Sequence record: MK327944.1
Source: Escherichia phage vB_EcoM_G2540-3
DNA: 64,000 nt
Direction: 5' to 3' (one strand)
A model generated the notes under the pieces. The model had not been told where the DNA came from. It made no database searches and saw nothing but the letters and a program-made list of their open reading frames with translations. A program made the translations under genes and the position numbers. Below, piece by piece: positions 42,101-52,471 of this stretch (positions are counted from its first letter, which is position 1; each line of letters opens with the position of its first letter).

Positions 42101-42831
42101 AAATTTTTCCTCTTTAAAATTCTGCCGTGTTTCCAACCTGGCGGTATAATATCATCTTTACCTATAAGCGTGCATTCACTTCCATTATTAATCCATTTCT
42201 TACCGCGGATTCCTTTATAATCTCTTGGTTTTATTTTGTCAAACTTTGCATCAAGTTGATATGACCATCTAAATCCATAAGCATATTGAAATTTACCCTC
42301 GGCACAATATTTGATATTTGACCCGTTTCCATTAACTGACCGGGACGCTGCCGCAATAGAGTGAAAGGTTTCTATGAAATCCCCATCTAATGAGAATTTA
42401 TGTATTTCTACAGATGGGCACGCATATCTATTCACGTTAGATACATGCTGTTTAGTTTCGTTTTTATGATGCTTGCCTAGCATCCCTTTAGGATGAGGAT
42501 TATTTTTCCAATATTTCTTAAAGAACTCAGAATTAGCTTTAGCAAATAATTTTCTGTGTAAGCTGTACAATCTGTTATTAATTCTATTGCCAGCTTTATC
42601 TGTTGCCATTAACGTTAACGCAGAGGCAAGACCAAAATGGCCTTCATTTATCTTACATAGTAATAGATGAGCTATAAAATGTTCTCTGGCTGTTAATTCA
42701 ACTAAATTTTCCTTATCATCAGAACCTCCCATACATTTAGGGATTATATGATGTGTCTCTTTATATTCTAGTAAAGATTCCCGAGCCTGAGCTCGGGAAA
42801 TTAGGTCGTTATAGATTTTTTGATAATTCAT
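42097..42831 (-). CDS. mobE: HNH homing endonuclease (MobE-like) wedged between nrdA and nrdB
   Basis: 244 aa; ETHHIIPKCMGGSDDKENLVELTAREHFIAH; start overlaps nrdA stop (TAATG), stop overlaps nrdB start (ATGA). Confidence 0.8.
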   Translation of the reverse strand: MNYQKIYNDLISRAQARESLLEYKETHHIIPKCMGGSDDKENLVELTAREHFIAHLLLCKINEGHFGLASALTLMATDKAGNRINNRLYSLHRKLFAKANSEFFKKYWKNNPHPKGMLGKHHKNETKQHVSNVNRYACPSVEIHKFSLDGDFIETFHSIAAASRSVNGNGSNIKYCAEGKFQYAYGFRWSYQLDAKFDKIKPRDYKGIRGKKWINNGSECTLIGKDDIIPPGWKHGRILKRKNL

Positions 42832-45095
42832 TACAATTTACACGCTGCGCAATCATCGGCTTTTGGAGTTTCTATTTCATAATCATCAGTACCAGAACCA
42901 TCGCGGGTATTATGATAATAGAAATTTTTAATGCCATAATACCATCCGTATAGCATGTCATCAATCATTATTGACATTGGAACCTTTCCTTTTGGAAAAA
43001 TCTGTGGGTCATAATATGTATTCGCTGAAGCTGATTGACACACCCATTTCAGCATAATAGCTACCTGCGTAAGATAAGGTTTATTACCTTTCTTAGCTAA
43101 TTTCCACGTATAATCATATAGGTCTATGTTATGCTCAATATTGGGCACGACTTGATTAAAGGAACCCTCTTTTGATTCTTTAACAGAGACTGGTCCACGT
43201 GGAGGCTCGATACCGTTTGTACTGTTAGAAACTTGGGAAGATGACTCACATGGCATAAGTGCTGATAATGTGCTATTACGGATGCCAAAGAGCTTAAGGT
43301 CTTCCCGCAGCGCCGACCAGTCACAAACGTATTTTGGAGCTGCGATTTGGTCAATCTTTTTATTGTACCAGTCGATAGGTAATTCGCCTCGAGACCAACG
43401 AGTGTCTGAATAATATTCGCAAGGTCCTTTTTCTTTGGCGAGCTTAATGGATGCTTTAATGAGTCCATACTGTAATCTCTCAAATAGTTCATGTGTTAAA
43501 TCGTTAGCATCTTCATAAGAAGCAAAGTTACTTGCCAGCCAAGCTGCATAGTTAGTAACACCTACACCAAGGTTTCGACGCTTTTTAGCTTTTTCTGCTT
43601 CAGGAACTGGATATCCTTGGTAATCCAAAAGATTATCAAGAGCACGAACTTGAACTTCTGCTAATTCATTAATTTTATCTTGGTCTTGCCAATCGAAGTT
43701 ATCCAGCACAAATGCAGATAACGTGCACAATCCAATTTCAGCATCAGGACTATTCACATCATTTGTTGGAATAGCAATTTCACAGCACAAGTTACTCTGA
43801 CGAATAGGTGCCTTTTCACGAATAAACGGAGTATAGTTATTCGTATTATCAATGAACTGTACATAAATTCTTGCTGTTCCTGAACGTTCAGTCATGAGCA
43901 ATTCAAATAGTTCACGGGCTTTAATACGCTTTTTACGAATATTAGGGTCTTTTTCTGCTGCTTCGTATAATTCACGGAAACGGTCTTGGTCTTTAAAATA
44001 AGAATAATAAAGCTCTCCACCCATTTCATGTGGACTAAACAAAGTAATGTAATCGTTCTTTCCAAAACGTTCCATCATCAAATCATTCAGCTGGACACCA
44101 TAATCCATATGACGGATACGGTTTTCTTCTACGCCTTTGTTATTTTTCAAAACGAGAAGATTTTCAACTTCCAAATGCCAAATAGGATAATAAGCAGTAG
44201 CAGCGCCGCCACGAATTCCGCCCTGTGAACATGATTTAACAGCAGTCTGAAAATGTTTCCAAAAAGGAATAACACCAGTATGACGCACTTCACCTGTGCC
44301 AATCTTAGAACCTTCGGCACGAATCATACCAACGTTAATGCCGATTCCAGCTCGCTTGGAGATATATTCAACAATTGAAGCAGAAGCTTTGTTGATAGAC
44401 TTCAGCGAATCACCTGCCTCAATAACAACGCATGAACTAAACTGTCGAGTTGGAGTACGACATCCAGCCATAATAGGAGTTGGCAGTGAAATCTGTCGAG
44501 TAGATACTGCTTCATAAAAACGAATAACATGTTTTAATCTGTCAACAGGTTCATCTTGATGCAATGCCATTCCAATAGTCATAAATGCAAACTGCGGAGT
44601 TTCATAAATTTGACCAGTGGTTTTATCTTTAACGAGATATTTTTCTTTTAATTGCATCGCTCCGGAATAAGTAAATTCCATATCCCGCTCGTGCTTAATT
44701 TTTGATTCTAAAAATGTAATTTCTTCTGCAGAATATTTTGACAACAATTCAGGGTCGTATTTACCTTCATTTACACAGTAAGAAATATGGTCAATAAATG
44801 AACGTGGTTCATATTGTCCATAAACATGCTTACGAAGAGCAAACATTAAACAGCGTGCAGCTACATATTGATAATCAGGCTCTTCAACCGAAATAGAATT
44901 CGCAGCAGCCTTAATTACAATGGTTTGAATGTCATCAGTGGTCATTCCATCACGGAGATATGATTTAATATTTTCATATAATTCATAAGGATCTACAGAT
45001 GTTCCTTCAGCTGCCCAAGATAAAACTTTAATAATTTTTTGCGGGTCAAAGCTTTGAGAAACACCACTACTTTTGATAACATTAATTAATTGCAT
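42831..45095 (-). CDS. nrdA: ribonucleotide reductase large subunit NrdA
   Basis: 754 aa; class Ia RNR alpha with ATP-cone N-terminus. Confidence 0.95.
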   Translation of the reverse strand: MQLINVIKSSGVSQSFDPQKIIKVLSWAAEGTSVDPYELYENIKSYLRDGMTTDDIQTIVIKAAANSISVEEPDYQYVAARCLMFALRKHVYGQYEPRSFIDHISYCVNEGKYDPELLSKYSAEEITFLESKIKHERDMEFTYSGAMQLKEKYLVKDKTTGQIYETPQFAFMTIGMALHQDEPVDRLKHVIRFYEAVSTRQISLPTPIMAGCRTPTRQFSSCVVIEAGDSLKSINKASASIVEYISKRAGIGINVGMIRAEGSKIGTGEVRHTGVIPFWKHFQTAVKSCSQGGIRGGAATAYYPIWHLEVENLLVLKNNKGVEENRIRHMDYGVQLNDLMMERFGKNDYITLFSPHEMGGELYYSYFKDQDRFRELYEAAEKDPNIRKKRIKARELFELLMTERSGTARIYVQFIDNTNNYTPFIREKAPIRQSNLCCEIAIPTNDVNSPDAEIGLCTLSAFVLDNFDWQDQDKINELAEVQVRALDNLLDYQGYPVPEAEKAKKRRNLGVGVTNYAAWLASNFASYEDANDLTHELFERLQYGLIKASIKLAKEKGPCEYYSDTRWSRGELPIDWYNKKIDQIAAPKYVCDWSALREDLKLFGIRNSTLSALMPCESSSQVSNSTNGIEPPRGPVSVKESKEGSFNQVVPNIEHNIDLYDYTWKLAKKGNKPYLTQVAIMLKWVCQSASANTYYDPQIFPKGKVPMSIMIDDMLYGWYYGIKNFYYHNTRDGSGTDDYEIETPKADDCAACKL

Positions 45096-45411
45096 AAGTC
45101 CTCAACTTGAAAATCGTCTTTAAACAATCGGTTAACTATATGAGCTATTATATCACCATGACACGGCTTTGGTTTACATGTGCATCCTAGCCTCATTCCA
45201 CGTAAAGGCTCTAAATGTGCTTTAGTTATTTCTCCGGATTTAATTCGACGTATAAAATCTTTTTTGAATAATTCAATGGCAGCCTCCCGGCTGCCAGCAT
45301 CTTTACCGACGTAATTTCCCAAAATGTACCACGGTGAATATTAACATCAAAGTCGGATTTATATTTATTCACTACCTGGCATAGACGGCCCGCGCGGTGA
45401 TAATTCGTCAT
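45086..45411 (-). pseudogene. DUF4326-like gene split by a single-base frameshift in a G-run
   Basis: Frame A from ATG 45411 gives ...FDVNIHRGTFW; frame B continues GNYVGKDAGSREAAIELF...LGCTCKPKPCHGDII; one extra G in ttttggg would fuse them into 108 aa. Confidence 0.45.
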
Positions 45412-45640
45412 ATTGTTTTTCCGTTAAAACAGTAATATCATAGTAACAATCTGAAGAAGTTTTAACTGTAGAAATTTTATTATCAAAATACTCACGAGTC
45501 ATTTTATGAGTATAATATTTTTTGCCATAAATGATAATAGGCTGATTTGGTCCTGGAACTTCTAATTCACTTGGGTTAGGAAGTGTAAAAAGAACTACAC
45601 CAGAAGTATCTTTAAATCGTAAAATCATATATCCTCGCAA
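45365..45640 (-). CDS. hypothetical protein
   Basis: 91-aa ORF between td exon 2 and the DUF4326-like gene. Confidence 0.45.
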   Translation of the reverse strand: MRGYMILRFKDTSGVVLFTLPNPSELEVPGPNQPIIIYGKKYYTHKMTREYFDNKISTVKTSSDCYYDITVLTEKQYDELSPRGPSMPGSE

Positions 45641-45651
45641 TTAAATTAAAA

Positions 45652-45963
45652 TTATACCGCCATTTTTCCTTTCAAGACACCGTGGGACTGATAATCTTTG
45701 AGAACGAAATCTTTAGGCCTGAGTTTAAGAACATATTCCAATTGTTCTTTAGTAGAAAGATAACGGAATTTATAAGGCAATCCGCCTATTACCAGTTCAC
45801 AAAGCTCTTTAGGTTCACGACGCAAAATTTCTTTGCACTGTTCTACATGATTCATATAGATATGAGTATTACCACCAGAAAATATCAAATCTCCTGGAGT
45901 AAGATTACACATCTTAGCTACAATATGAACTAACGCAGCATATGATGCAATATTAAACGGTAG
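45652..45963 (-). CDS. td: thymidylate synthase, exon 2
   Basis: LPFNIASYAALVHIVAKMCNL... is the C-terminal part of ThyA; intron ends ...CUGAACAUAAUG immediately before CUACCG. Confidence 0.9.
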   Translation of the reverse strand, partial: LPFNIASYAALVHIVAKMCNLTPGDLIFSGGNTHIYMNHVEQCKEILRREPKELCELVIGGLPYKFRYLSTKEQLEYVLKLRPKDFVLKDYQSHGVLKGKMAV

Positions 45964-46979
45964 CATTATGTTCAGATAAGGTCGTTAATCTTACCCCGGA
46001 ATTATATCCAGCTGCATGTCACCATGCAGAGCAGACTATATCTCCAACTTGTTAAAGCAAGTTGTCTATCGTTTCGAGTCACTTGACCCTACTCCCAAAA
46101 GGGATAGTCGTTAGGCATTTATGTAGAACCAATTCCATTTATCAGATTTTACACGATAAGTAACTAATCCAGACGAAATTTTAAAATGTCTAGCTGCATC
46201 TGCTGCACAATCAAAAATAACCCCATCACATGAAATCTTTTTAATATTACTAGGCTTTTTACCTTTCATCTTTTCTGATATTTTAGATTTAGTTATGTCT
46301 GAATGCTTATGATTAAAGAATGAATTATTTTCACCTGAACGATTTCTGCATTTACTACAAGTATAAGCAGAAGTTTGTATGCGAACACCGCACTTACAAA
46401 ACTTATGGGTTTCTGGATTCCAACGCCCGTTTTTACTTCCGGGTTTACTGTAAAGAGCTTTCCGACCATCAGGTCCAAGTTTAAGCATCTTAGCTTTAAC
46501 AGTTTCAGAACGTTTCTTAATAATTTCTTCTTTTAATGGATGCGTAGAACATGTATCACCAAACGTTGCATCAGCAATATTGTATCCATTAATTTTAGAA
46601 TTAAGCTCTTTAATCCAAAAATTTTCTCGTTCAATAATCAAATCTTTCTCATATGGAATTTCTTCCAAAATAGAACATTCAAACACATTACCATGTTTGT
46701 TAAAAGACCTCTGAAGTTTTATAGAAGAATGGCATCCTTTTTCTAAATCTTTAAAATGCCTCTTCCATCTCTTTTCAAAATCTTTAGCACTTCCTACATA
46801 TACTTTATTGTTTAAAGTATTTTTAATCTGATAAATTCCGCTTTTCATAAATACCTCTTTAAATATAGAAGTATTTATTAAAGGGCAGTCCTACAATTTA
46901 GCACGGGATTGTCTACTAGAGAGGTTCCCCGTTTAGATAGATTACAAGTATAAGTCACCTTATACTCAGGCCTCAATTA
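45964..46979 (-). mobile_element. td group I intron (1016 nt) carrying I-TevI
   Basis: 5' end UAAUUGAGGCCUGAGUAUAAGGUGACUUAUACUUGUAAUCUAUCUAAACGGGGAACC on - strand right after exon 1 ...GGT; 3' end ...GGGGUAAGAUUAACGACCUUAUCUGAACAUAAUG. Confidence 0.9.
46111..46848 (-). CDS. I-TevI: intron-encoded GIY-YIG homing endonuclease I-TevI
   Basis: 245 aa; MKSGIYQIKNTLNNKVYVGSAKDFEKRWKRHFKDL... GIY-YIG domain, C-terminal zinc finger and DNA-binding region. Confidence 0.9.
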   Translation of the reverse strand: MKSGIYQIKNTLNNKVYVGSAKDFEKRWKRHFKDLEKGCHSSIKLQRSFNKHGNVFECSILEEIPYEKDLIIERENFWIKELNSKINGYNIADATFGDTCSTHPLKEEIIKKRSETVKAKMLKLGPDGRKALYSKPGSKNGRWNPETHKFCKCGVRIQTSAYTCSKCRNRSGENNSFFNHKHSDITKSKISEKMKGKKPSNIKKISCDGVIFDCAADAARHFKISSGLVTYRVKSDKWNWFYINA

Positions 46980-47528
46980 ACCCAAGAAAACATCTACTGA
47001 TCGTTGATACCACTGAAGGTCAAGATAACCATTACGCACATTAAACTGATAGAACATATGACAGGGCGGTAATGCCATCTGCTTGAGTTCAGCTGGATTC
47101 CATGCCGACACAATTTGACGTCTATCATTGGGAAATGTTTTAATACGATTAACAACTTCTACAATTTGATCTACACCACCAAAATCACGCCACTGTTTTC
47201 CGTAAATTGGACCAAGTTCACCGCTATGATAACCTAAGTCTTTGGCCTGGTTTTCGTAGTTTTCATCCCAAATTGTTTTTCCTGCAATTAAAGATCCATG
47301 AGTACGTTGACGTAAATCATTTACGTTAGTACTTCCTGATAAGAACCACAATAACTCAGAAATACACGCATTCCAGGCGAGCTTCTTGGTTGTTACTGCA
47401 GGAAAACCTTTAGTTAAATCCCAGCGCAATTTAGTACCGAACAAAGCAATTGTTCCTGTGCCTGTTCGGTCATCAGTTTCATAGCCATTTTCAAAAATGT
47501 CTTTAATTAAATCTTGGTATTGTTTCAT
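46980..47528 (-). CDS. td: thymidylate synthase, exon 1
   Basis: 183 codons MKQYQDLIKDIFENGYETDDRTGTGTIALFG...RSVDVFLG. Confidence 0.9.
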
Positions 47529-47572
47529 TTAGTACCTTATATAAATTATAATACATTTTATGAAGCTAATAA

Positions 47573-47932
47573 TCAATACGGTTTAGCATCAAATTTTCTT
47601 TCAATTTCAGGCGTGAAATATAATTCTTTACCGCGTTTGGAAAAGCGACCAATAATATGATAATTATTCTCATCAAACGTAATATTGCCAATATCCATAG
47701 CTTTCAACCAAATATCGATATTTCTGTCAAGCTTTATATCAAAATTCCAATACGGAGAACTATTACCGAAAATACTACAAGCGGATTCAGTGAAACAGCT
47801 GCTATAAATCTTGTCTTTAGGAACTACTAATTGATAGACGCCTTTAATAAACTGAGGACCCTGCCATTTTGGTTGTTTCGCGTCTTTTTCTAATAGAATA
47901 GGGTAATAATTAAAATTCATATTTTCCGCCAC
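47573..47932 (-). CDS. hypothetical protein between frd and td
   Basis: 119-aa ORF; no motif recognised. Confidence 0.5.
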   Translation of the reverse strand: MAENMNFNYYPILLEKDAKQPKWQGPQFIKGVYQLVVPKDKIYSSCFTESACSIFGNSSPYWNFDIKLDRNIDIWLKAMDIGNITFDENNYHIIGRFSKRGKELYFTPEIERKFDAKPY

Positions 47933-47940
47933 GCGTTATT

Positions 47941-48528
<588 letters not shown>

Positions 48529-48771
48529 TCAAAACCCCCTTTCAATAAACCATTCAGTGGCTTTATTAGCATCAAAGAATAATTCTTCATATGTCTTTTC
48601 TTTGTTTTCAAAGACTGTCACACAAACACGTTGACATTCTCCACAGTATTCTTCTGACATGCTCAAAGCGTCAGAAAACATTTCATTAAATTCATTTAAA
48701 TCAGGATTATGCAATGCGTTAAAAATTGCATAATCGAATTCATCATTCATAAATTCAAATACAAAAATCAT
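48529..48771 (-). CDS. hypothetical protein (frd.1-like)
   Basis: 80-aa ORF. Confidence 0.5.
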   Translation of the reverse strand: MIFVFEFMNDEFDYAIFNALHNPDLNEFNEMFSDALSMSEEYCGECQRVCVTVFENKEKTYEELFFDANKATEWFIERGF

Positions 48772-48779
48772 ATTATCTC

Positions 48780-49115
48780 CTAATATAAAGGATCGGGAAT
48801 ATATCCACTGGCTTTAATCATTTTAATTAACGTTAACATTCCTTTATTAACTGCTTGTGAGATTTCATTAAAAACTTCATCACTAAAAAGTTCTAACACG
48901 CCCTTCTGAACTTTTAATTTACAACCAACAATTTCGTCATCGCCTATAGTAAATTCGTTTCCGCCAATTCCACCGAAAAACTTAATTACGCCAGTTAACT
49001 GTCTTCCACGAGAATATGGGTCGTGTGATAAAGTAATATGAGTCACCCCAGGTACAGTTTTAAATTGGCAGCGAATGTTTACTTGTGAAATTCCAGTTAC
49101 GTGAATGTCAGACAT
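48780..49115 (-). CDS. hypothetical protein (frd.2-like)
   Basis: 111-aa ORF. Confidence 0.5.
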   Translation of the reverse strand: MSDIHVTGISQVNIRCQFKTVPGVTHITLSHDPYSRGRQLTGVIKFFGGIGGNEFTIGDDEIVGCKLKVQKGVLELFSDEVFNEISQAVNKGMLTLIKMIKASGYIPDPLY

Positions 49116-49125
49116 AATATTTTCC

Positions 49126-49368
49126 TCAGACAGACTTTTTCACAATTTTCCAATCAGCTTTAAACTGTTCAACGTCAGAGTGGTAAATCCAGAATCCTGC
49201 GCTTTCTCCATCTTCATAAAGAGGGCATCCATCGCATTCATCTTCCCATCCCATATCACGTAAAAGTTGTTCAGCTTTTTCAACAAGTTCAGAATCTTTA
49301 CCGATGATATTAAAATACCATTTACCTCTAGCTTCTGAATCTTTAATGCTCTGACGTTGTAATCTCAT
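49126..49368 (-). CDS. hypothetical protein (frd.3-like)
   Basis: 80-aa ORF. Confidence 0.5.
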   Translation of the reverse strand: MRLQRQSIKDSEARGKWYFNIIGKDSELVEKAEQLLRDMGWEDECDGCPLYEDGESAGFWIYHSDVEQFKADWKIVKKSV

Positions 49369-49422
49369 TTTATTCTCCTTAGTTGATAGGGTAATAGTAT
49401 CACACTACTACCCTTCTGTAAA

Positions 49423-49803
49423 CTACTTTTTGAAAGTTTTTCGCAAAAGTTCAATGATTTCATCTACATTGTTTTCGTCAACAATGCAGTGAATTTTTGT
49501 TACGCCAGAAATCTTGTCTTCGACTTCATCTTCTTCAGAAGTCGGTTCTTTATACTCACGAAAACAATGAAATTCGTCTTCACAAATTTCTAAAAGTCTA
49601 TCTTTGAGGTAAAAATGTTTTCCATTTGCGCATTCAATGTGTTTTACTGCTTTATATCCATTAGCGACGGAAACTTCTTTAACTTCAAACCATCCGCCAT
49701 TATCTCGAATAGCTTTAACTATTGATGAATTAGAACGTGGGCTATAATTAATAAATGTATCAATAAGTCTTGGAACAAGTTCATACTTTCTACCAGTATA
49801 CAT
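49423..49803 (-). CDS. hypothetical protein
   Basis: 126-aa ORF. Confidence 0.5.
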   Translation of the reverse strand: MYTGRKYELVPRLIDTFINYSPRSNSSIVKAIRDNGGWFEVKEVSVANGYKAVKHIECANGKHFYLKDRLLEICEDEFHCFREYKEPTSEEDEVEDKISGVTKIHCIVDENNVDEIIELLRKTFKK

Positions 49804-49846
49804 AATGTTTCCTCATTTTGATAGGGACTTGATAGCCCCTTGATAA

Positions 49847-50137
49847 TTATTGTTCAATCAGTCCCATATAAAATTCTGCGTCTTCAGAATCCATGCCATC
49901 ACAATATTCATTAGCCATAAAGCGGGTGAGGTCTTCAAGAGGACCTTCAATAACGATTTGAATACTCCAAAACTTAGAATCTTGTACGCTTGTGATACTA
50001 AGTTCAGGATAACGATTACGAATAATTTCTTCAATATATTCAAAATCAACGATGTCAATATCAACTTTAGCCATATTATTTTCCTCTTTAATCATCAGCA
50101 GTATTGCCGATAGTTGTATAGTACCATGGAATGACAA
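49847..50137 (-). CDS. hypothetical protein
   Basis: 96-aa ORF downstream of gene 32. Confidence 0.5.
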   Translation of the reverse strand: MSFHGTIQLSAILLMIKEENNMAKVDIDIVDFEYIEEIIRNRYPELSITSVQDSKFWSIQIVIEGPLEDLTRFMANEYCDGMDSEDAEFYMGLIEQ

Positions 50138-50177
50138 GGATGTAAACCGTTTTGTGAAAAAATTTTTGAAATAAAAA

Positions 50178-50196
50178 GGGGACCTCTAGGGTCCCC
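50178..50196 (-). terminator. terminator hairpin after gene 32 (- strand)
   Basis: ggggacctctagggtcccc inverted repeat with A-run on + side (U-run on - strand). Confidence 0.55.
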
Positions 50197-50218
50197 AATT
50201 AATTAGTAATATAATCTA

Positions 50219-51127
50219 TTAAAGGTCATTCAAAAGGTCATCCAGGTCTGTGTCATCAGCACTAGATGAACTGCCAGAGCTTGAGCTCATAAAATCATCT
50301 TCAGTTTTTGTTTTGAAGTCATCAACATTGAATGCATCCAAATCATCAGCAACTTTATCGGCTTTCTTAGCGGCAGTTGCTGCGGCACCACCCATAGCAG
50401 CAGTTCCCATAACTTGACTGAACTTAGTGCTCAGTTCTTCAAACGATTTGAATTTATCTTTAGAAGTCATTTCAGAAAGGTCAACCATTTGTTCGAACAG
50501 TTCTTTCTGGAAAGATTCATCATCAATGTTTGGAATCGCAGATTGATTCAGGAATTTAGATTCATCGTAGTTACTAAAACCAGAAACTTGTTTAACTTTC
50601 AGTACAAAGTTAGCACCTTCCCACGGACAAGTTACATCAACCGGAGTTTCACCCATTTCAACATCAACTGCAATCATTGCATTGATTTTATCCCAGATTT
50701 TCTTACCAAAACGGTATTTAAATACTTTACCTTCATTTTCTGGAGCAGCTGGGTCTTTTACTACAAGAATGTTAGCCCAGTAAGAAGTTTTGCGTTTAAC
50801 AAGACCGTACTCTTTATTGTCAGTGTTATACAAATCATTTTTACTGATGTACTGACATACTGGACAAGAATCGTAATCACCGTGGGTAGATGAACAGTTT
50901 TCAATATACCATTTACCATTTTTCTTGAAACCGTGATTTACAAGAATTGCGAATGGTGCTTGTTCATCATTTTTAGACGGAAGAAAACGAATTACTGCTT
51001 GACCGTTACCCGCATTGTCGAGTTTCAGTTTCCACTCGCCTTTATCTTCAGAAGAAAAACCACCTTTATTTCCAGCCAGTTTAGCCATTTGTGCAGCGAG
51101 TTCAGCAGTAGATTTACGTTTAAACAT
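50219..51127 (-). CDS. 32: single-stranded DNA-binding protein gp32
   Basis: 302 aa; [17 protein letters not shown]...; Ser/Asp-rich acidic C-terminus; late-promoter motif upstream at about 51214. Confidence 0.95.
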   Translation of the reverse strand: MFKRKSTAELAAQMAKLAGNKGGFSSEDKGEWKLKLDNAGNGQAVIRFLPSKNDEQAPFAILVNHGFKKNGKWYIENCSSTHGDYDSCPVCQYISKNDLYNTDNKEYGLVKRKTSYWANILVVKDPAAPENEGKVFKYRFGKKIWDKINAMIAVDVEMGETPVDVTCPWEGANFVLKVKQVSGFSNYDESKFLNQSAIPNIDDESFQKELFEQMVDLSEMTSKDKFKSFEELSTKFSQVMGTAAMGGAAATAAKKADKVADDLDAFNVDDFKTKTEDDFMSSSSGSSSSADDTDLDDLLNDL

Positions 51128-51227
51128 TTTTATTTCCTTTTTTAATTTAATTAACAGTTGGTGCTATGACGATGTATGACCTCATAGCTGGTCAGTGAGA
51201 TAATTATAATCTATTTATAATAAGCAA

Positions 51228-51881
51228 TTAATACTTGCAAGATTTCACAGTTTCAATGAAAACACTTTTAGCTTTCTGTGAATCAATATTTAAAATTTTT
51301 CTATAAGCTTTTAACTTTATAGAATAATTATTCCAGACTAAATTATCAGTCTGTTCATCATGTTTATCAATTATATTTAAAAACGAATCAAGCAAGATAA
51401 ACGTCTCAAACGAAATTATATTCGATTGAAGTAGTTTAAAAATATAACTTGATTGAACTTTTGGATTATACTCAAAGATTTCTTTAAAAGCAGAAACTTC
51501 AACTTTTTTACTAAAATAATAAATGTTGCGAATATCTTCTTCAAACTTAAATTTAATTTGCTTTAAGCGTCCGATATATTCACGATAAAACACAAGTGCA
51601 TCAGCGTCAGAGATGTCACCAATCCAAGCATCCTGGTTAGCAACAAGATTGCTTATAAAGATTAAAGCAAGTTCCTTTAATTTATATTTTTCTGATAACT
51701 TCTGGAAAAAATACTTATCCCTTCGCTTTTGATAAGCGGCATCAGACACCCGCATGCACCAATTATACTTAATTACATCATACTTTCCATTCATATGTTG
51801 TTTTATCATTAAGTATAATTTATAAACTGATTTACCATCAATGTATCTTTCACCACCAGCAGGCATGCGGAGTTTAATCAT
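51228..51881 (-). CDS. 59: gp59 helicase loader
   Basis: 217 aa; conserved position between 33 and 32. Confidence 0.9.
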   Translation of the reverse strand: MIKLRMPAGGERYIDGKSVYKLYLMIKQHMNGKYDVIKYNWCMRVSDAAYQKRRDKYFFQKLSEKYKLKELALIFISNLVANQDAWIGDISDADALVFYREYIGRLKQIKFKFEEDIRNIYYFSKKVEVSAFKEIFEYNPKVQSSYIFKLLQSNIISFETFILLDSFLNIIDKHDEQTDNLVWNNYSIKLKAYRKILNIDSQKAKSVFIETVKSCKY

Positions 51882-52225
51882 AGTAGAAAATCTAATGTAT
51901 TAGTTTTTTCACAACGAACAACAGAAGGACGTAAAAGATTTTCGTCAATAGCTTCTGACTGAATTTTTTCAATTATACCCGAAGGAATAAATTTAGCAAA
52001 TTGAGTTTCAGGAATAGAATTTTCTTCCAAGAATGCTGTTGTAGCTTCAAGATAACTCATTCCAAATTCTTCTACCATTTTTTCAATAATAAATCCATTT
52101 TCTTGGCGGTCAAGAAGTTTTGCTATTTCATCCTTTTCTTTCTTAATTGAAAGTTCTTTTTCTGAAAGACCGGTCTCATCGACCGGACGAATATCATTTA
52201 GAGAAAACTGTGTCATAAAGTTCAA
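51878..52225 (-). CDS. 33: gp33 late transcription co-activator
   Basis: 115 aa; ATGA overlap with gene 59. Confidence 0.85.
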   Translation of the reverse strand: MNFMTQFSLNDIRPVDETGLSEKELSIKKEKDEIAKLLDRQENGFIIEKMVEEFGMSYLEATTAFLEENSIPETQFAKFIPSGIIEKIQSEAIDENLLRPSVVRCEKTNTLDFLL

Positions 52226-52463
52226 CTACCTCTTCAGTTTCAGCTTCAAACACATCACGGTTATCTTTATGATACAAAGCTAATAGACGATTAAACATCT
52301 TACCATCAACGCCAAGTTCATCTTTAGCACGAATTCGAATATCTTTAATCAATTCATTATAACCGGAAATTTTCAGTTTATGGTCAGATGCTTCTTTGAT
52401 AAATTTAGCCAAGTCTTCGCCATGGATAGCTTCATCAAATTCGACCATTTCTTTTTTAGCCAT
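52194..52463 (-). CDS. dsbA: DsbA double-stranded DNA-binding protein
   Basis: 89 aa; between rnh and 33. Confidence 0.8.
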   Translation of the reverse strand: MAKKEMVEFDEAIHGEDLAKFIKEASDHKLKISGYNELIKDIRIRAKDELGVDGKMFNRLLALYHKDNRDVFEAETEEVVELYDTVFSK

Positions 52464-52471
52464 TATTCACC

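Noticed and set aside
45226-45411. 61-aa ORF as an independent gene
   Set aside because: Its N-terminal part is better explained as the 5' portion of the frameshifted DUF4326-like gene; the C-terminal 24 codons are out-of-frame read-through.
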